Source: Vicugna vicugna (taxonomy: Eukaryota). From it: a stretch of 64,000 bases of DNA. The notes under the pieces were generated by a model. It made no database searches. It saw only the letters and a list, made by a program, of their open reading frames with translations, and was not told the DNA's origin. Made by a program: the position numbers and the translations under genes. The stretch is from positions 2,458,158-2,522,157 of the forward strand of contig MU058781.1 in the NCBI GenBank assembly GCA_013265495.1, read 5' to 3'. Below, piece after piece: positions 13,270 through 25,753 of the stretch. Position 1 is the stretch's first letter. The number at the start of each line of letters is the position of its first letter.

Positions 13270-15300
13270 TTTTTGAAGGGCACAAACCTACGGAGACAAA
13301 TAAGGAAGAGTGGAGACAACAGCAACAAAACTTTGGAAGCTGGGAGAAGATATGAGAAAGCTAAATTCTAACCCAGCTGTGAGAAAAGTTGAGAGGGAGC
13401 CTGATTTGTGGGGAAATTTTTCAAATAAAAATCCAGGAATGGGCATCATCAGGTACCTCTGGAAGTTCTGTTGCAGGTAAGGTTGCTTAAGAAGGAGCTG
13501 GACCTCCAGATCCCTTCCCCTACTCCACGCAGCAGGTCAGCTACCCCTGCAGCAGATGACTGGAGAGAATTATTTCCTGGAAACAGACATGCAGAGTGTA
13601 CACTCCAAAAAACAGGTGGATTAAATTTACATACTGAGTGCTAAGATTTCCAGTATTTCTTGCCCTTTTCTGGAACACTGGTAAACACACACACACACAC
13701 ACACGATTGAAGTCTTCTCTAGGAAATTTGACCAGCATAAGAGAAAGATCTGAAAATACTCTGAGGGTTCCTTCTGGAAGAGCAAGGCCAGGTCACCATA
13801 CAGTGAAGTCCTTGGTGAATAAAAACTACATGCATTCACCTATCAGCTTTTAGTCTGCATTCCTAGTGAGAGCACCCAGACAAGGATGACCAGGATCTGA
13901 TTCTAACATGAGAGAGACTGAAACAAGTAAGCAGTGGGAGAAAACAGAGGCTTTGGGAGACAGTAAAACTTAAAAACTATTGTTAATACACTCAGAGACA
14001 AGCTACTGTATGTATAAGATAAGAAAAGGATGATATTTTAGAAAAAATATTATTTGGGGGTAAAGCACCCTTAGAAATTAAAAATAGAATTATGGAAATA
14101 AAAAATACAATAGATGAGTTGGGGGATAAATTAGAGGAAGTCTTCCAAAAGTGGTACAAAAATGGAAAGTAGAGGATAAAAGAAGGAAAGCCAGAGCATA
14201 TGACTGGGAAGTCAAACACCTGTCTGATAGGAGTTGCTCAGAGAGAACAGAGAGAAAATGGAGAAGAGAAAATCACCAGTGAAATAACTCAGTAATTCCC
14301 CAAACACAAGGCTGTGAGCTTTTCGATCAAAATAAACCCAGCACCAGAGCTTATAACAAACCTACACTAAGGTACCTCATTGTGAAATTTCAGAACTCTG
14401 GAGATAAAAAAAATATACCAAGGGCTTCTAGAAAGAGGAGATTTCATAAGAAGAATCAAGATGCAGAACAGTATGACATTTCTCAACAGTGATGCTGGAA
14501 GCTAGAAGACAATGAATTAAAGCCTTCAAAATTCTGAGGAAAAATTGTTTCCAACCTAGACTTCTTATCTGGACAAATAATAAATTAAATGTAAAGGTAG
14601 AATAAAGACATTCTTAGATGTCCCAAGTCTCAAAAAGCTTAATTTTCTGTGACTCCCTTTTTAGGAAGACCCTGGAGGATGGGTACCACCCAAATAAGGG
14701 AATAAACTAAGAAAAAGACATGGGGTCCAGGAAATGGTGCCCCACTTGGGAAACAACCCTGAGGATGATGGTTAAGAGGGTCCCCCTGAAAACAGTGATG
14801 TGGCAGGCCTAGAGGATCACTCTTCAGAATATAAGTCAAGAAGCTCCAGGACAGAGCTGGTCACTAAGACCAAATTAATACTATCTTGAGTGAGTTTGAA
14901 TGTATTAAGATGGCCTTTATCCATCTTAGATTGAATGAATAAATTCATAGCAAATATATAAATTGGGCAATTATTTCCACCAGGGAAATAAAGGAAAAGT
15001 ACTGTAGTATGTTATATGGTTTGGCTGTGAATAGTGTTCATAATAACACACGTGGTCATGGTGATAATGTATCTGTAAACACTGATGCTCCAAGCAAAAT
15101 TATAATCTATGTGGGACACATGAGGGATGGCTTTGTACCTGTTTGTGCTGCATGACAGAGGGAGTGGTGATGATAGAGGGAGATAAAGACTCACATTTCA
15201 GGGAAGTCAATAGATAACATCTAAATTAAAAAGTCAAAAATTAGCAACATGCTTATGTTACTTGTAGTTACAGATGTCAATATTAAAGAATTGGCCAAGA
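13270..15300 (+). mobile_element. Old LINE-1 5'/ORF1 region remnants
   Basis: A-rich degraded ORF1-like motifs (gctggaagctagaagacaatgaatt..ccttcaaaattctgaggaaaaatt). Confidence 0.65.
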
Positions 15301-15345
15301 GGATTGAGACTATTTGTGTATAAGTGGGAAGAGATGAGATTGGAG

Positions 15346-15523
15346 GAGAAGGGTATGGCCCAGTGGTAGAGTGAATGCTTAGTATATATGAGGTCCTAGG
15401 TTCAATCCCTGGGACCTCCATTAAATAAATAAGTAAATAAATAAACCTAATTACTTCCCCCACTCAAACAAACAACCACCACCAAAAAATTAAAAAAAAA
15501 ATTTTTTAAAGAATTTTAAAAAA
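15346..15523 (+). mobile_element. Camelid tRNA-derived SINE (vic-1-like) with TSD
   Basis: A box (ggcccagtgg) and B box (ggttcaatccc), A-rich tail, flanked by agatgag(at/aa)tggag direct repeats. Confidence 0.85.
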
Positions 15524-15631
15524 AGATGAGAATGGAGCTGGTAGGAGCATTTTTTTCCATAACTGTATTATAATATCTGACTTTAAACTTTGATGAAAAA
15601 TTGTGCATTAAAAATATGTATATATACTCAG

Positions 15632-15669
15632 AAATCTTTGAGCGAATTATTCCTGCAGATGTGGCTAAG
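15632..15669 (+). pseudogene. DHC-like exon remnant
   Basis: IFERIIPADVAK then AAG|GTGGAT; resembles DIxxQLPxExxxF. Confidence 0.45.
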
Positions 15670-17233
15670 GTGGATCACTTATCTGACAAAGATCATACCA
15701 TTCTACTTCTTAATTCACTGATATATATCGTCATGGTGTGAATGAACATTGTGCAAAGTGCCATGTGAGATACCATGGAAAACATAAATAGGAAGGAATA
15801 CTACATGATTTCCTTCCTTTTGTTACTTGAAAACCATAGGAAAGATAAGTGAAACACGTTTCTACATGTCTGTATGAATAAATGAACAAAAAGACTACTG
15901 TGGAGGTAAAGGAACTACATGTGACAATGTAAAAGAAACAGACTGAGACATTTTCCTGTTGGATATGGCAATTTGGATTGAACACTGAAGGAAGAGGTAG
16001 ACCAAACAGTACTACCATGAGCAAAATCATTAAGAAAGGAAATGTTTCAGCCAGTTGGTATGGTTACAAATCATTCAATATAAGCAGAACAAGAAATGAC
16101 AATGTTAACTCCAAAAGCACAGGAATCTTGTGGCCTTATTCATCACTGTATACTCAACACCTAGAATATTGCCGGGCACATAATAGATACTCAATATACA
16201 TTTGCCCAGTGAATGGCTTGATAGGATTGGAAAGATAAGAGTTGGTAGCAGAAGGCCCTGATGCCATGTTAAGAAATTTAGGCTGTAAAGAATAAGAAAA
16301 TATTTGAGGAGAGGATTGTCAGGGTCCTAATTTTGATGGTTGGATACCAGTTTTATGAGAAACATGAGAGATGTCAGGTTAGCTAGAAAGAAATGAAAAA
16401 TAAAGGACTGAATTATATCCATTAGCCATTAAAGTAGAAAGGAAGAGACAGATCAATTATTGAAGAAGCTAGTCATGATTTCATGGAAATGTACTAAGTT
16501 TGGGGTCAGAAAATCTGAGTTTAAATTTTACCTCTATCATTTAATGTGTGTGAAAATCCTGACAAGTCATAGAAACTCTTCTCTGAATATCAGTTTCCTT
16601 ATTAGTAAATCAGAAAATGTTTAAAAATCTTTACCTTTTGTCTAAAGGGTATCAGGTAACTTTCAAGGATATATAAATTGTATAAATTGAGATGAGAACA
16701 AAAGAAGAGAAAAACTTAAGAGTGGAGACAGGATAGTCACTGGGTTGAGAAACTGAGTCTAAGAAAAGCTTTTTTGAATCTAGGAGGTGTTTGAACAGAT
16801 GTGTAGCAGTAAAGTGTATAGAGTGGGAGAACTGTAGACTACAGAGAGGGAGCGACTGATGGGCAAAGACCTGGAAGAGACCAAACGAAGCACAGTCCGT
16901 GGGGAAGCACACTGGTCTTGAGTGGAGAACAGATTCCACTTCCTCAAGACAAGGAGAGCAAACAAAGTAGATGGAGGTGGAGCAACAAGGAAATTGGGGA
17001 GTGTCAGGGGTTAAGGAGCTTCCTACTTTAATAGTCTTAACTTTCTCCACCAAGCTACTCAGGGGCCTCTGCTAAAAGCAAGATAAGCGGGTGAGACAAG
17101 GGGGAAGTTAGGAGCTGGAGGCGGGCAGGCAAGTTTCCAGTCCTGGAGGCAGGGGTACAGAGCCAGCTGTGAGAAGGTCTGTCAAGGCTAAATTTAACCA
17201 AGTTCGTTGAGACCAAAGAAGCATATTAATATT

Positions 17234-17706
17234 CAGGCATACTTCGTTTTATGGTGCTTCATAGATACTGTGTTTGTTTTTTTGTTTTTGTTTTTGTTTT
17301 TTACAAATTAAAGGTTTGTAGCAAACTTGCAATGATTAAGTCCATCGGTGCCACTTTCTCAACAGTATTCTTTCACTTCTTGTCTCTGTGTCACGGCTTC
17401 ATAATTCTCACAAGATTTCAAACTTTTTCATTTTTATTATTTGTTATGGTTATCTGTGATCAGTGATCTTTGATGTTACTATTGTAATTATTTTGACATA
17501 TTTTAGCAATAAAATATTTTAAAATTAAGGTAGATACTTCTCGTTAGACTTAATACTATTATTACACACATAATAGACTGCAGTATAGAGTAAACATAAT
17601 TTTTATATGCACTGGGAACCAAAAGTTCATATGACTCGCTTTATTGTGATATTTGTTTTATTGCAGCGGTCTGGAACAGAACCCACAATAACGCTGAGGT
17701 ATGCTG
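17234..17706 (+). mobile_element. Tigger1-derived, internally deleted DNA transposon
   Basis: Terminal inverted repeats caggcatacttcg... / ...gaggtatgctg. Confidence 0.85.
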
Positions 17707-18205
17707 CACTGTAGTTACAGTTTATATAACATATATAATGCTTTTTGAACAGTTTTTAAAACATGCATTATCTCATGAGTCTTCATATACTATCACTATA
17801 TTATAAAATAAGGAAATTGAAGCTGAGAAAGGAATAACTTGCCCAAGATGACATCCGCAGGTTTCTTATCTCACATTGTAATAATTTTTTAAAGATCATT
17901 TTTGGTTGTTAGTGGGAAGAAATCATTCTATTTAAGTTATGAAATAGGTGTCCTTACTTGGATAGTTCCATGGTCAGCAAGAAAATTGGAAGCTTCATAG
18001 GGCTGAGCTGAAGTCAAGATTGCTCCAAATATTTGGGGTTAGTATTACACAGTGTATATGTTTGCAATGAATGAACACAAATTTCTAACCATTGGATAGA
18101 AAAAAAGTTTTTTGAAAGAGATCATACTAAAACCACCTAGGAACTAGTGTATTTAACATTTCATGTTTGCACAGAAATCTTACTGTCATCTTTTCTACTC
18201 TGCAG

Positions 18206-18499
18206 TGCTTCCATGGTTAATCACATCCTGAGGACAGGAGACGTTGAAAGCAAGTGTTTAATCTTAACTTACTCATAATTGATTCATAGTTAAATCAGAG
18301 TGAAGGAATGTGTATTTACACCTAAGTTTAGAAAGATTTGCAAAGAAAAAGAAGAAGAAGAAGATTTTCTTTTGGAGAATAAGGCCTTTCTGGATCTCAG
18401 CTGAGAGTGAAAAAAGTGAAAAACTGGATAAATTAACAAGACAGAGAAAACTAGTGTGCTCTCTCTTTAAAGACATTGGGGATGGATTGCATTGAGAAG
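18206..18499 (+). pseudogene. Two DHC-like exon remnants (18206-18253 and 18332-18499)
   Basis: ASMVNHILRTGDVES joined in phase 2 to KICKEKEEEEDFLLENKAFLD...(frameshift)...LKTLGMDCIEK; the last donor reads GC. Confidence 0.45.
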
Positions 18500-18881
18500 G
18501 CTTCAGTTTTATGCAGTTTTCACAACATTTATTAGAACCTATAGAGTTTATAAGACACTAAAATTTTTTTTTTAACAACAGTTTCAGGTTTACCAGAGTG
18601 CTCCTCCTCTCAACCTCATTTTCCTGTTATTAACATTTTGCATTGCATTTTGCATTTGCTACAATTGATATATTATTATTACTTAAAGTCCATAGTTTAC
18701 ACAGCAATTCACTCCTTGTACAGTTCTGTGGAACCCATAGCTTTTTAATCTGCCATTTTTAATTGTATGACCTAGAAAATAGTTTTGCTTTAGTAGTATT
18801 TAGGCAGGAAAACTTTGAAAGGATTAAATAAACATTTACATTTTGGATTTGTGGTACTGGGCCTAACCTGGTGACTTCTAG

Positions 18882-19359
18882 TTAGGATTTGAAGGCGATC
18901 ATAAGAAAGACCAATTTTTTGTATTTTTGTATCACCTTTTGAAACATTTTGAATCAGTAGTCTCTAATCATATCTCAATAGTCTCTAAGAGAAGTAATAT
19001 AAGAAGATTTTTTTAATTTTAATTTTTACTGAGATGCAGTGAGATTTGGGGAAATTATCACAATTCTTGTAGGCGAAACAAAATTATATAGTACAGAAGG
19101 AAGGGGCAAAATGCACTGGTGAATTTTATTTTAAAATCTGTATTTTACAGTGAATGCAAATTATGTCTAGTATGTTATCCCAGATTGAAAAGAGCCTAAA
19201 ATATGCAGTATACACATTATAACTGAAGATTGTTGAATGTTTGCCTATATTGAACTAATATATGATTTTAACAATGTCATCTCAAGAAGGTCAACATGAA
19301 AAAGGAAAAAGGATGAAGGAGCCCACAGTAAGAGCATTGATTAAAGAAAGTCTACAAAG
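18882..19359 (+). pseudogene. DHC-like exon remnant(s), end of DHC_N2
   Basis: LGFEGDHKKDQFFVFLYHLLKHFESVVS.. / AVRFGEIITILVGETKLYSTEG / KCTGEFYFKICILQ*MQIMSSMLSQIEKSLKYAVY...LIKESLQ. Resembles GLxxYLExKRxxFPRFFF, FEGIxKLxF, EGExVxF and VExWLxxVExxMxxSL. Donor AG|GTGAGG at 19360. Confidence 0.6.
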
Positions 19360-19566
19360 GTGAGGCTCATGACTAAAGATTATTATCACAAATTATCTGA
19401 TTAGAAAATTCACCAGTCTTTGAAGTAGAGCCAACAAAACCATAGATTCTTTACCCTAGAACAGACTTTAGTGAGCTTGTTGAATGTGGTCAATTTACAG
19501 GTAGAAACTAAGACCCAATGAGGCATCAGTGTTAATGATGAAAGGTGTCACTTACCTATCTATGTT

Positions 19567-19590
19567 TCACACACACACACACACACACAC
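19567..19590. repeat. (CA)n microsatellite
   Basis: Uninterrupted CA run; similar short runs near 5710, 13685, 22365, 24027 and 31128. Confidence 0.9.
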
Positions 19591-20283
19591 AGTATTGGAC
19601 ACAACACGTAATAGCCTGTGGATCTCATTTTCCTGCAAGGATGCTTCATGGATAACATCCAGAGTTGGCTATTAATTAATTAATAAGAAAGACCAAAAAA
19701 AGGGTTATATGGAGTAACAGTTGTCTATTCTAAATAATTTAGACCAGAAGGTAGAAACCTAAAAAAAAGTAAAACAACAGTTGTAAGCATGATTACCTAA
19801 TTGAGAGTCTGCAAATTATATATGAGTCCTTTGGACCATCTCATGTAGTGGTGGTCATGGGAAGGGGACAACTCAGCTGGATCTTAAAGAGTGGGTAGGG
19901 TTTGGATGAACAAAGAAGAGGAAGGCAGGCACCTTGCAGTGACTGGAAATATGAAGGAAAGGAAGCGTCAAACTTATTGCAGAAACAAGGAGTGGAACCA
20001 TGTAGCTGAAGTGAAGACTTTATTTAGGGAAGTAGCTGATGATAATGCAGGATTTTCACACTTGGATCACACTGTAGTTTGAAAGCCAGCTTGGGAATAT
20101 GGACTTACTTTACCCTGTAGTTCAACGGGAAATACTGGGTTTCTTTAGTAAGGGAGTTACAGGATCAAAGCAGTATTTTTAGGAGATAATTAGTGCCTGA
20201 TTAAGGGAAGCTCGGAATGTTTGGACTCTAGCCCTATCTTTTGCAAGTTGTTTCCATGGTTGACAACTGTGTTCTTTCTCCAG

Positions 20284-20360
20284 ACACCCTCCAATGTTAA
20301 TATTGGTGACACTGGAGTACTGCTGAATTAATCCTACTATTGAGAAGCTTCTTAATAAAT
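20284..20360 (+). pseudogene. DHC-like exon remnant
   Basis: ttctttctccAG acceptor, phase 2 matching 19359; HPPMLILVTLEYC*INPTIEKLLNK resembles (W/Y)PxQVVLxxxQIxWTxxVExAL, with the stop at the Trp position. Confidence 0.6.
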
Positions 20361-20641
20361 GTAAAATGGGATGTACTTGCTTTTCAACTTTAGCAATATT
20401 TTGAAGAAAATAGTGAGGAAAAAAATTGTAATGTATCACAGTGGATCTCTGCATCTTAGGGTGATAATGAAATCCCAAGTCTTCTAAATATAGGGGGAAA
20501 AACAGGGAATTAGTTTTGAGGAAACAGGCAGGAGGGTGTTGGTTAGGAGAAAATTGAAGGAATTAGAAAAATGTGGTTGGAAATAATGTCAAAATTGTGG
20601 GTTATGGGTGGTTGGAAAGAGATAATTCTGATTTTAATTAG

Positions 20642-20785
20642 TCAGAGAATCTATATTCAAGAGGCCAGATGTCAGGCCAATGCAAACTAGAAGAAAAAAA
20701 CTGTGCAGTAGTCTTCATCCAAAGAATTCAATGTGCTTGTAATTATTAATAGAAGAAGTAATTGCAATTGAATTTAAGAAGGCAG
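20642..20785 (+). pseudogene. DHC-like exon remnant
   Basis: SENLYSRGQMSGQCKLEEKNCAVVFIQ resembles LVRGxLSxxxRxxLxALIVI; CAG|GTGTCC donor. Confidence 0.35.
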
Positions 20786-21297
20786 GTGTCCAATTCACAG
20801 ACTTCATAGAACCTAAAAATAATATTGTCCTGGGTTTAAGAATAAGCCATTCACTCCAAATTCAGAAGAAAAGAAGAGGAAGAAAATAGAGCAGTAGAAT
20901 GGCAAGTAGTTACAAGTATGGAAATAAATGCTTACTTTAAAAGGAATCCAATTACGTACTATGTACGTGAAGAAAGAAGGGAGGATATAATGAAGAAACA
21001 CGGGAGAATAATGCAAAAGACATTAGACATAGTGAAGGTAAAGTGAAGGAGCTATTTACCTAGATATTTTGTAGAAGTGGATACATCCCAATTACTTAAT
21101 AAGCTCTCATTGCTCTTCTGCTAAGGATCCCTAGGAAGTAGGTTATGATTATCACTCCATTTTGGAGACGAGAACACTGTAAAATGCCCCTTAGTAACTT
21201 TAGCACATTAATCTTACCTTGCTAATTAACAACGCATCTGAGTTGTAATTTGGCCGTGATAAGAAATGTTAATTTTTTTCTTTTTTCTGGGATTTAG

Positions 21298-21486
21298 TTT
21301 AACCTAGAAATTAGACTTTGACTTATTTGCTACACAGCTAGTCAATATGCCATGATGACATCTCAGTGCTACCATATATTTCAGATTAGCAGAAAAACCA
21401 AGCAAACTTCAAGGATATCTTAGTAACAAGAAATCCATAGTCATGTTTATCTGCAAATATTTCTGCAGCATCCCAGAATTACTTCT
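21298..21486 (+). pseudogene. DHC-like exon remnant, start of AAA1
   Basis: LDFDLFATQLVNMP**HLSATIYFRLAEKPSKLQGYLSNKKSIVMFICKYFCSIPELL resembles DFxWxxQLRY...YxYEYLGNxxRLVITPLTDRCYxTL; consensus donor CT|GTAAGT. Confidence 0.6.
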
Positions 21487-21994
21487 GTAAGTACTGTCCA
21501 AATTTATTCTGGTTTTCTTTGAATTTGGGAGGACAGACACAAATAAAAGATTTTCTTGTGATTTGTTGCAGAATAGCAGCTTGGTCTTTTGGGAATGGGA
21601 ATCATAGACCACTGCCACAAAGTAAATTATGTTTGGAAACTTTTTTGAATAATAATGGGTTTGGGATAAGACTTTTGTTTTCCTAAATAAGAAAATAATA
21701 AGTTTCTTAATAAGAAATCTCATTAGAGATTTGAGTGAAGATGTGTGACTCTGTTTTAATGGTACCAAAATGGTACAAGATCATCAGTTGCTCAGAATAG
21801 ATACTTAAAAGAAATGATTATTGAGACAGTAAAAAAAATATTTTTTAAGAAAATTCAGAAGCTTACCACCTTCCTTCCCCCAGACTTTCTGGTAATAGAA
21901 AACTATGCTTTTAAAATACAACGAGCAGGAGAGAGCTGCTGTGAGGGAAATGTCTGATTTACCTTTCTGGAAATCACTTTATTTTATTCCACAG

Positions 21995-22091
21995 AGGTGG
22001 ACTATGGAACTTTCTGAGAGCACAGGCTTATGAAACTGTTGTGTGATCAGAGCTCAGGAGGGAGGGACTGTTTTGACTCTCTTGTTACTAT
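21995..22091 (+). pseudogene. DHC-like exon remnant with degenerate Walker A region
   Basis: ttttattccacAG acceptor in phase 2 with 21486; GGLWNFLRAQAYETVV*SELRREGLF*LSCYY. An overlapping frame reads ELSESTG at the EGPAGTG position. Donor GTGAGG. Confidence 0.6.
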
Positions 22092-22604
22092 GTGAGGGAT
22101 GGAATTTTGCAAGCAGAAGGTTCCACAACAGTTGGGAATGACAGTTGTATGAGTAGCAAGCAGAAGACAAATGTGTGTCCTGTTACTCCTGCTCTGAGCA
22201 CTACATACCACAACTGTGCCAAGACTTCCTGCTTGCATCAGTATTTTTTATAATTATTAAACTTCGTATGCACAATCCATTAATTGCAAAAAATCTTGCA
22301 GATAATATCTACACCCTCTTTGGGTTACATGGCCATCTGGCTGCCTGATATTCACTCTACACTGCACACACACACACACACAGGCTTACTTAGATGACTT
22401 ATTATAACCCTTGTTCCATTTCCAAACATCTACTATAAATTAAGCTCCACTTCCTCCTACAGAATTAAAATAGCTGAAATTTAAAAAGCACTCAAAGCAT
22501 GTTAAAGTTTACCAGGAGCTATTATTGTCCTGTGGCTTACTCTTATATCTCACTTCCTTGCTGACCTCTTACTTGTGTATTAATATTACTTTTGTTTTCC
22601 TTAG

Positions 22605-22733
22605 CTTTTATACAGTCAGTTCTGCCTGTTGCTTTCTCCAACTTGTCCCAGCTCGGACTTTGACTCCTGGGTTTCATTGTATTGATATCCATAGACATTT
22701 TCGCCTAATAGGAACCACAATGAAAAGATACCA
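22605..22733 (+). pseudogene. DHC-like exon remnant, AAA1 sensor-1 region
   Basis: tttgttttccttAG acceptor; open FYTVSSACCFLQLVPARTLTPGFHCIDIHRHFRLIGTTMKRY resembles LSVVAQQIxxIQ...GxxIxLxPxxxVFITMNPGY; donor GTAAGC. Confidence 0.6.
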
Positions 22734-23534
22734 GTAAGCTTGAAATTGTAAATTTAACCATTTAAATTTAAACGAAATAGTATACGGTAGTACAGCACTG
22801 AATTTAGGGAGAGAAAAAAAGGTTGGGTTTAAAAGTTGTTTACCAGAAGCAGTTCAGTTGCAAAATTTCATCCAATAAGTGGGCATCTAGAGAAAACTTT
22901 TTAGAGCCCAACAAAATATGTAGACAGCCAGAAGCTGGTGAGTTTGGGAGCTGGTAAGGTTTGGGGTGACAGAGATGGTAGTGGAAGAGGTGGGTGTACA
23001 TTGGGAGTGAAGACATGTTTGGAGAAAGAGAGCGCTTTAAAGCTGGTAGGGGTGGAGCTGTGGGGCTGGTAGTTTATTTACAGGAAGGAAAGTTTACTTG
23101 TAACCAGTGATATGGAAGGGAAACTTGAAATACTTTAATGTGTTGAATCTTGTCCTGTAGCCTGGTCCACACACCTAGTGTACCCCTGTGCTGATGCTGA
23201 AATTCCATAATTATGGATATAACCCCCATTAAAATATGCCAGGAATAACTTAATAACCTGACATTTTGAACTTGAGAAAACACTGCTTCAGAGCTGTGTT
23301 TCGGCCCCACTTGCTCCCCCAGGCCCTTGACGGCTACAGGTGCGAGTATAAAGAAAAGGTCAGACTCTAGGCAGCAGGTCTGGGGGTCCAGGAGGTGGTC
23401 TCCCCTGCAGATAGTGAGGGTCCCTATAAGACCAGATGTGGTTATATCCTGGACATGTTACTTTACCTGTCTAAGCCTGAGTTCCTTTATCAGGATGTGT
23501 GGGTAACAATGGTACCCGTAGCAGCAAGTTATTA

Positions 23535-23663
23535 TTTTGTGTGTTCGTTTTGGTGGGGGAGCTAATTAGTGGGGTTTTTTTTTTTTATCAGAGGTACTGG
23601 GGATTGAACCCAGGATCTTGTGCACGCTAAGCAAGCATTCTACCACTGAGCTATACCCTCCCC
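23535..23663 (-). mobile_element. Camelid tRNA-derived SINE (vic-1-like)
   Basis: Reverse complement reads ggggagggtatagctcagtggtaga...ggttcaatccccagtacc. Confidence 0.88.
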
Positions 23664-24044
23664 ACCAAATAAACTTTATTTTAAAATATTTTAGATTTAC
23701 AGAAAATGTATAAAGATTATACAGAGAGCTCCTGCATACCCTCACCCAGTTTCCTGCATTGTTCACACCTTACATTACTATGGAACATTTGAGCAAAAAT
23801 AAGAAACTGCCATTTGTACCTTACTATTAACTAAACTCCAGACTTTATTTGGATATTACCAAATTTTTCCATTAATGTCTTCTCTCTATTCCAGGATTCC
23901 ATCCAGGGTACCATGTTCCATTTGGTTATCAGGTCTCCCCAGGCTCCACAGACTCTTTTCAATATTTAAAAGGTAATAAATGTTAAAGCACACTTAGTAG
24001 ATTGCTAGACATACAATGAGGAATTGGTGTGTGTGTGTGTGTTT

Positions 24045-24255
24045 ATGACTATGTGACAGGCACTACTCTAAATGCTTTAGAAATACCAACTCATCCAATC
24101 CTCCTAATAATTCTATGAAGCCTCTAGTTACATTTACTTTACAGATGAGTAAACTGAGGCTCAGGAAGGTCAAATCAGTTGCCCAAGATAATGCACCTGG
24201 CAGAACTGGGTTTCAACTCAGGCTTGCTATCTTCCAAATTCATGCTTTTAACCAC
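24045..24255. mobile_element. MIR
   Basis: MIR core tttacagatgagtaaactgaggctcag. Confidence 0.75.
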
Positions 24256-24425
24256 AGGTTACCCTTCTCCATAAATGCTTAACACATGCTGCTTGTTAGT
24301 AGTAGATCCTGGAACTGATGATTCGCTCCAGCGCAGCAGGGGTGTTACTAGCTAGCTGTGTTCTCCCCTCCGTTCCTCTGTTCCTCACTACATCTTAGAT
24401 CATGGGTAAGGTTAGATTGTTTTAG

Positions 24426-24552
24426 CTGAACACTGTTGCCTCTTTCTAGTGTTCCCCAGGATGCAGCTTGCGGACACTGCTTACGAGGAATTCTTTTATG
24501 AACCACAAGCATCACTTCTATCACTTCAGTTATTCTTTTACCTCCTTAACAG
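24426..24552 (+). pseudogene. DHC-like exon remnant
   Basis: EHCCLFLVFPRMQLADTAYEEFFYEPQASLLSLQLFFYLLN resembles ELPDNLKALFRxVAMMVPDY...AxxLSxKI; the donor appears mutated (AG|AT). Confidence 0.4.
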
Positions 24553-25287
24553 ATGATACACCAAATGATACTCATTAAATTTTTTTTACTAGCAGGCCTT
24601 GAACTAGGTGTTTTTAAATGAAGTTAGAGACCCAGTTCCTTCTGCTAGTGTAATCTGTAAGGTTAATAGTATCAATATTGGCATAAATAGTATAAATAGT
24701 GGCATGTGATTTAAATCATCCTTATTAAACCTTGACATGGTTAAAATTAAAGTCCTTTTCTCCTCCTTAAGCACCACACCATCCCAACTTCCCCATTTTC
24801 ATCACACAATCTACCAAGGTCTCAAAACTTGAAACAATGGACACTTTTTCATTCCCTTTTCTCCTTTGTTCCACAGATGTAGAACATTATAGTTATTGTA
24901 ATGTTTTTTCACGAAGTGTAATCTTTAAGCTATAGTATATCAGTATTCTCTGGGTCCCAGTCATGGGTTTACCATCTACCAGCTCTGTGGCTGCAGGCAG
25001 ATTATTTAGCATTTCTAAGCCCCTCTTTCTTCATCTGTGGTATAGGTTTATAGTGGTGAGTAAATGAATTTATACAGGAAAGCCTGGCAAGTCAAGTCAT
25101 AAATTCTCAGTAACTGTCAATTACTACCACCACCACTACTGCTACTATTTGTACTGCTGCTGATACAGATCCTACTGGAAAAGCTTCTGCCCAGACAAAT
25201 GCTATTACTACTACTGCCAGTACAAATAGTAGATTACTACCACTGCCCGTACAAATGCTATTAACATTTTTGCTGATACAAATACTA

Positions 25288-25753
25288 CAGACAGTCCTGG
25301 ACTTAGGATGGTTCAACTTACATTTTTTTTTTAACCATACGATGGTGCAAAAGCAAAATTCAGTAGCAATCATACTTCAAACTTTTTAATTTGATCTTTT
25401 CCCGGGCTAGCAATTCTCACTACAGTGATGCTGGGCAGTGGCCCCAAGCCACAGCGCCTAGTCAGCCACACCATCAAGAGGGTGGACAACCAAACACGTA
25501 CAACCATTTTGTTTTTCACTTTCAGTACTCAATAAATTACATGAGCTATCCAAACCTTTATTATACAGTAGGCTTTGTGTTAGATGATTTTGCCCAACTG
25601 TTGGTTAATGTGTTTTGAGCACATTTAAGGTAGACTAGGCTAAGCGATGATGTTCAGCAGGTTAGGTGTATTAAATGCATTTTTGACTTACAGTGTTTTC
25701 AACTTATGATGGGTTTATTGATGTGACACTACTGTTAAATCAAGGAAGATCTC
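25288..25753 (-). mobile_element. Tigger5/MER47-like DNA transposon
   Basis: Ends cagacagtcctggacttaggatggtt... and ...gggtttattg..aaatcaaggaagatct resemble MER47 termini; TA flanks. Confidence 0.7.

Noticed and set aside
15346..15420. tRNA gene (also 23590-23663 and 53910-53982)
   Set aside because: A/B boxes are present but followed by a SINE body and A-rich tail (TSD-like flanks at two copies); these are tRNA-derived SINEs.
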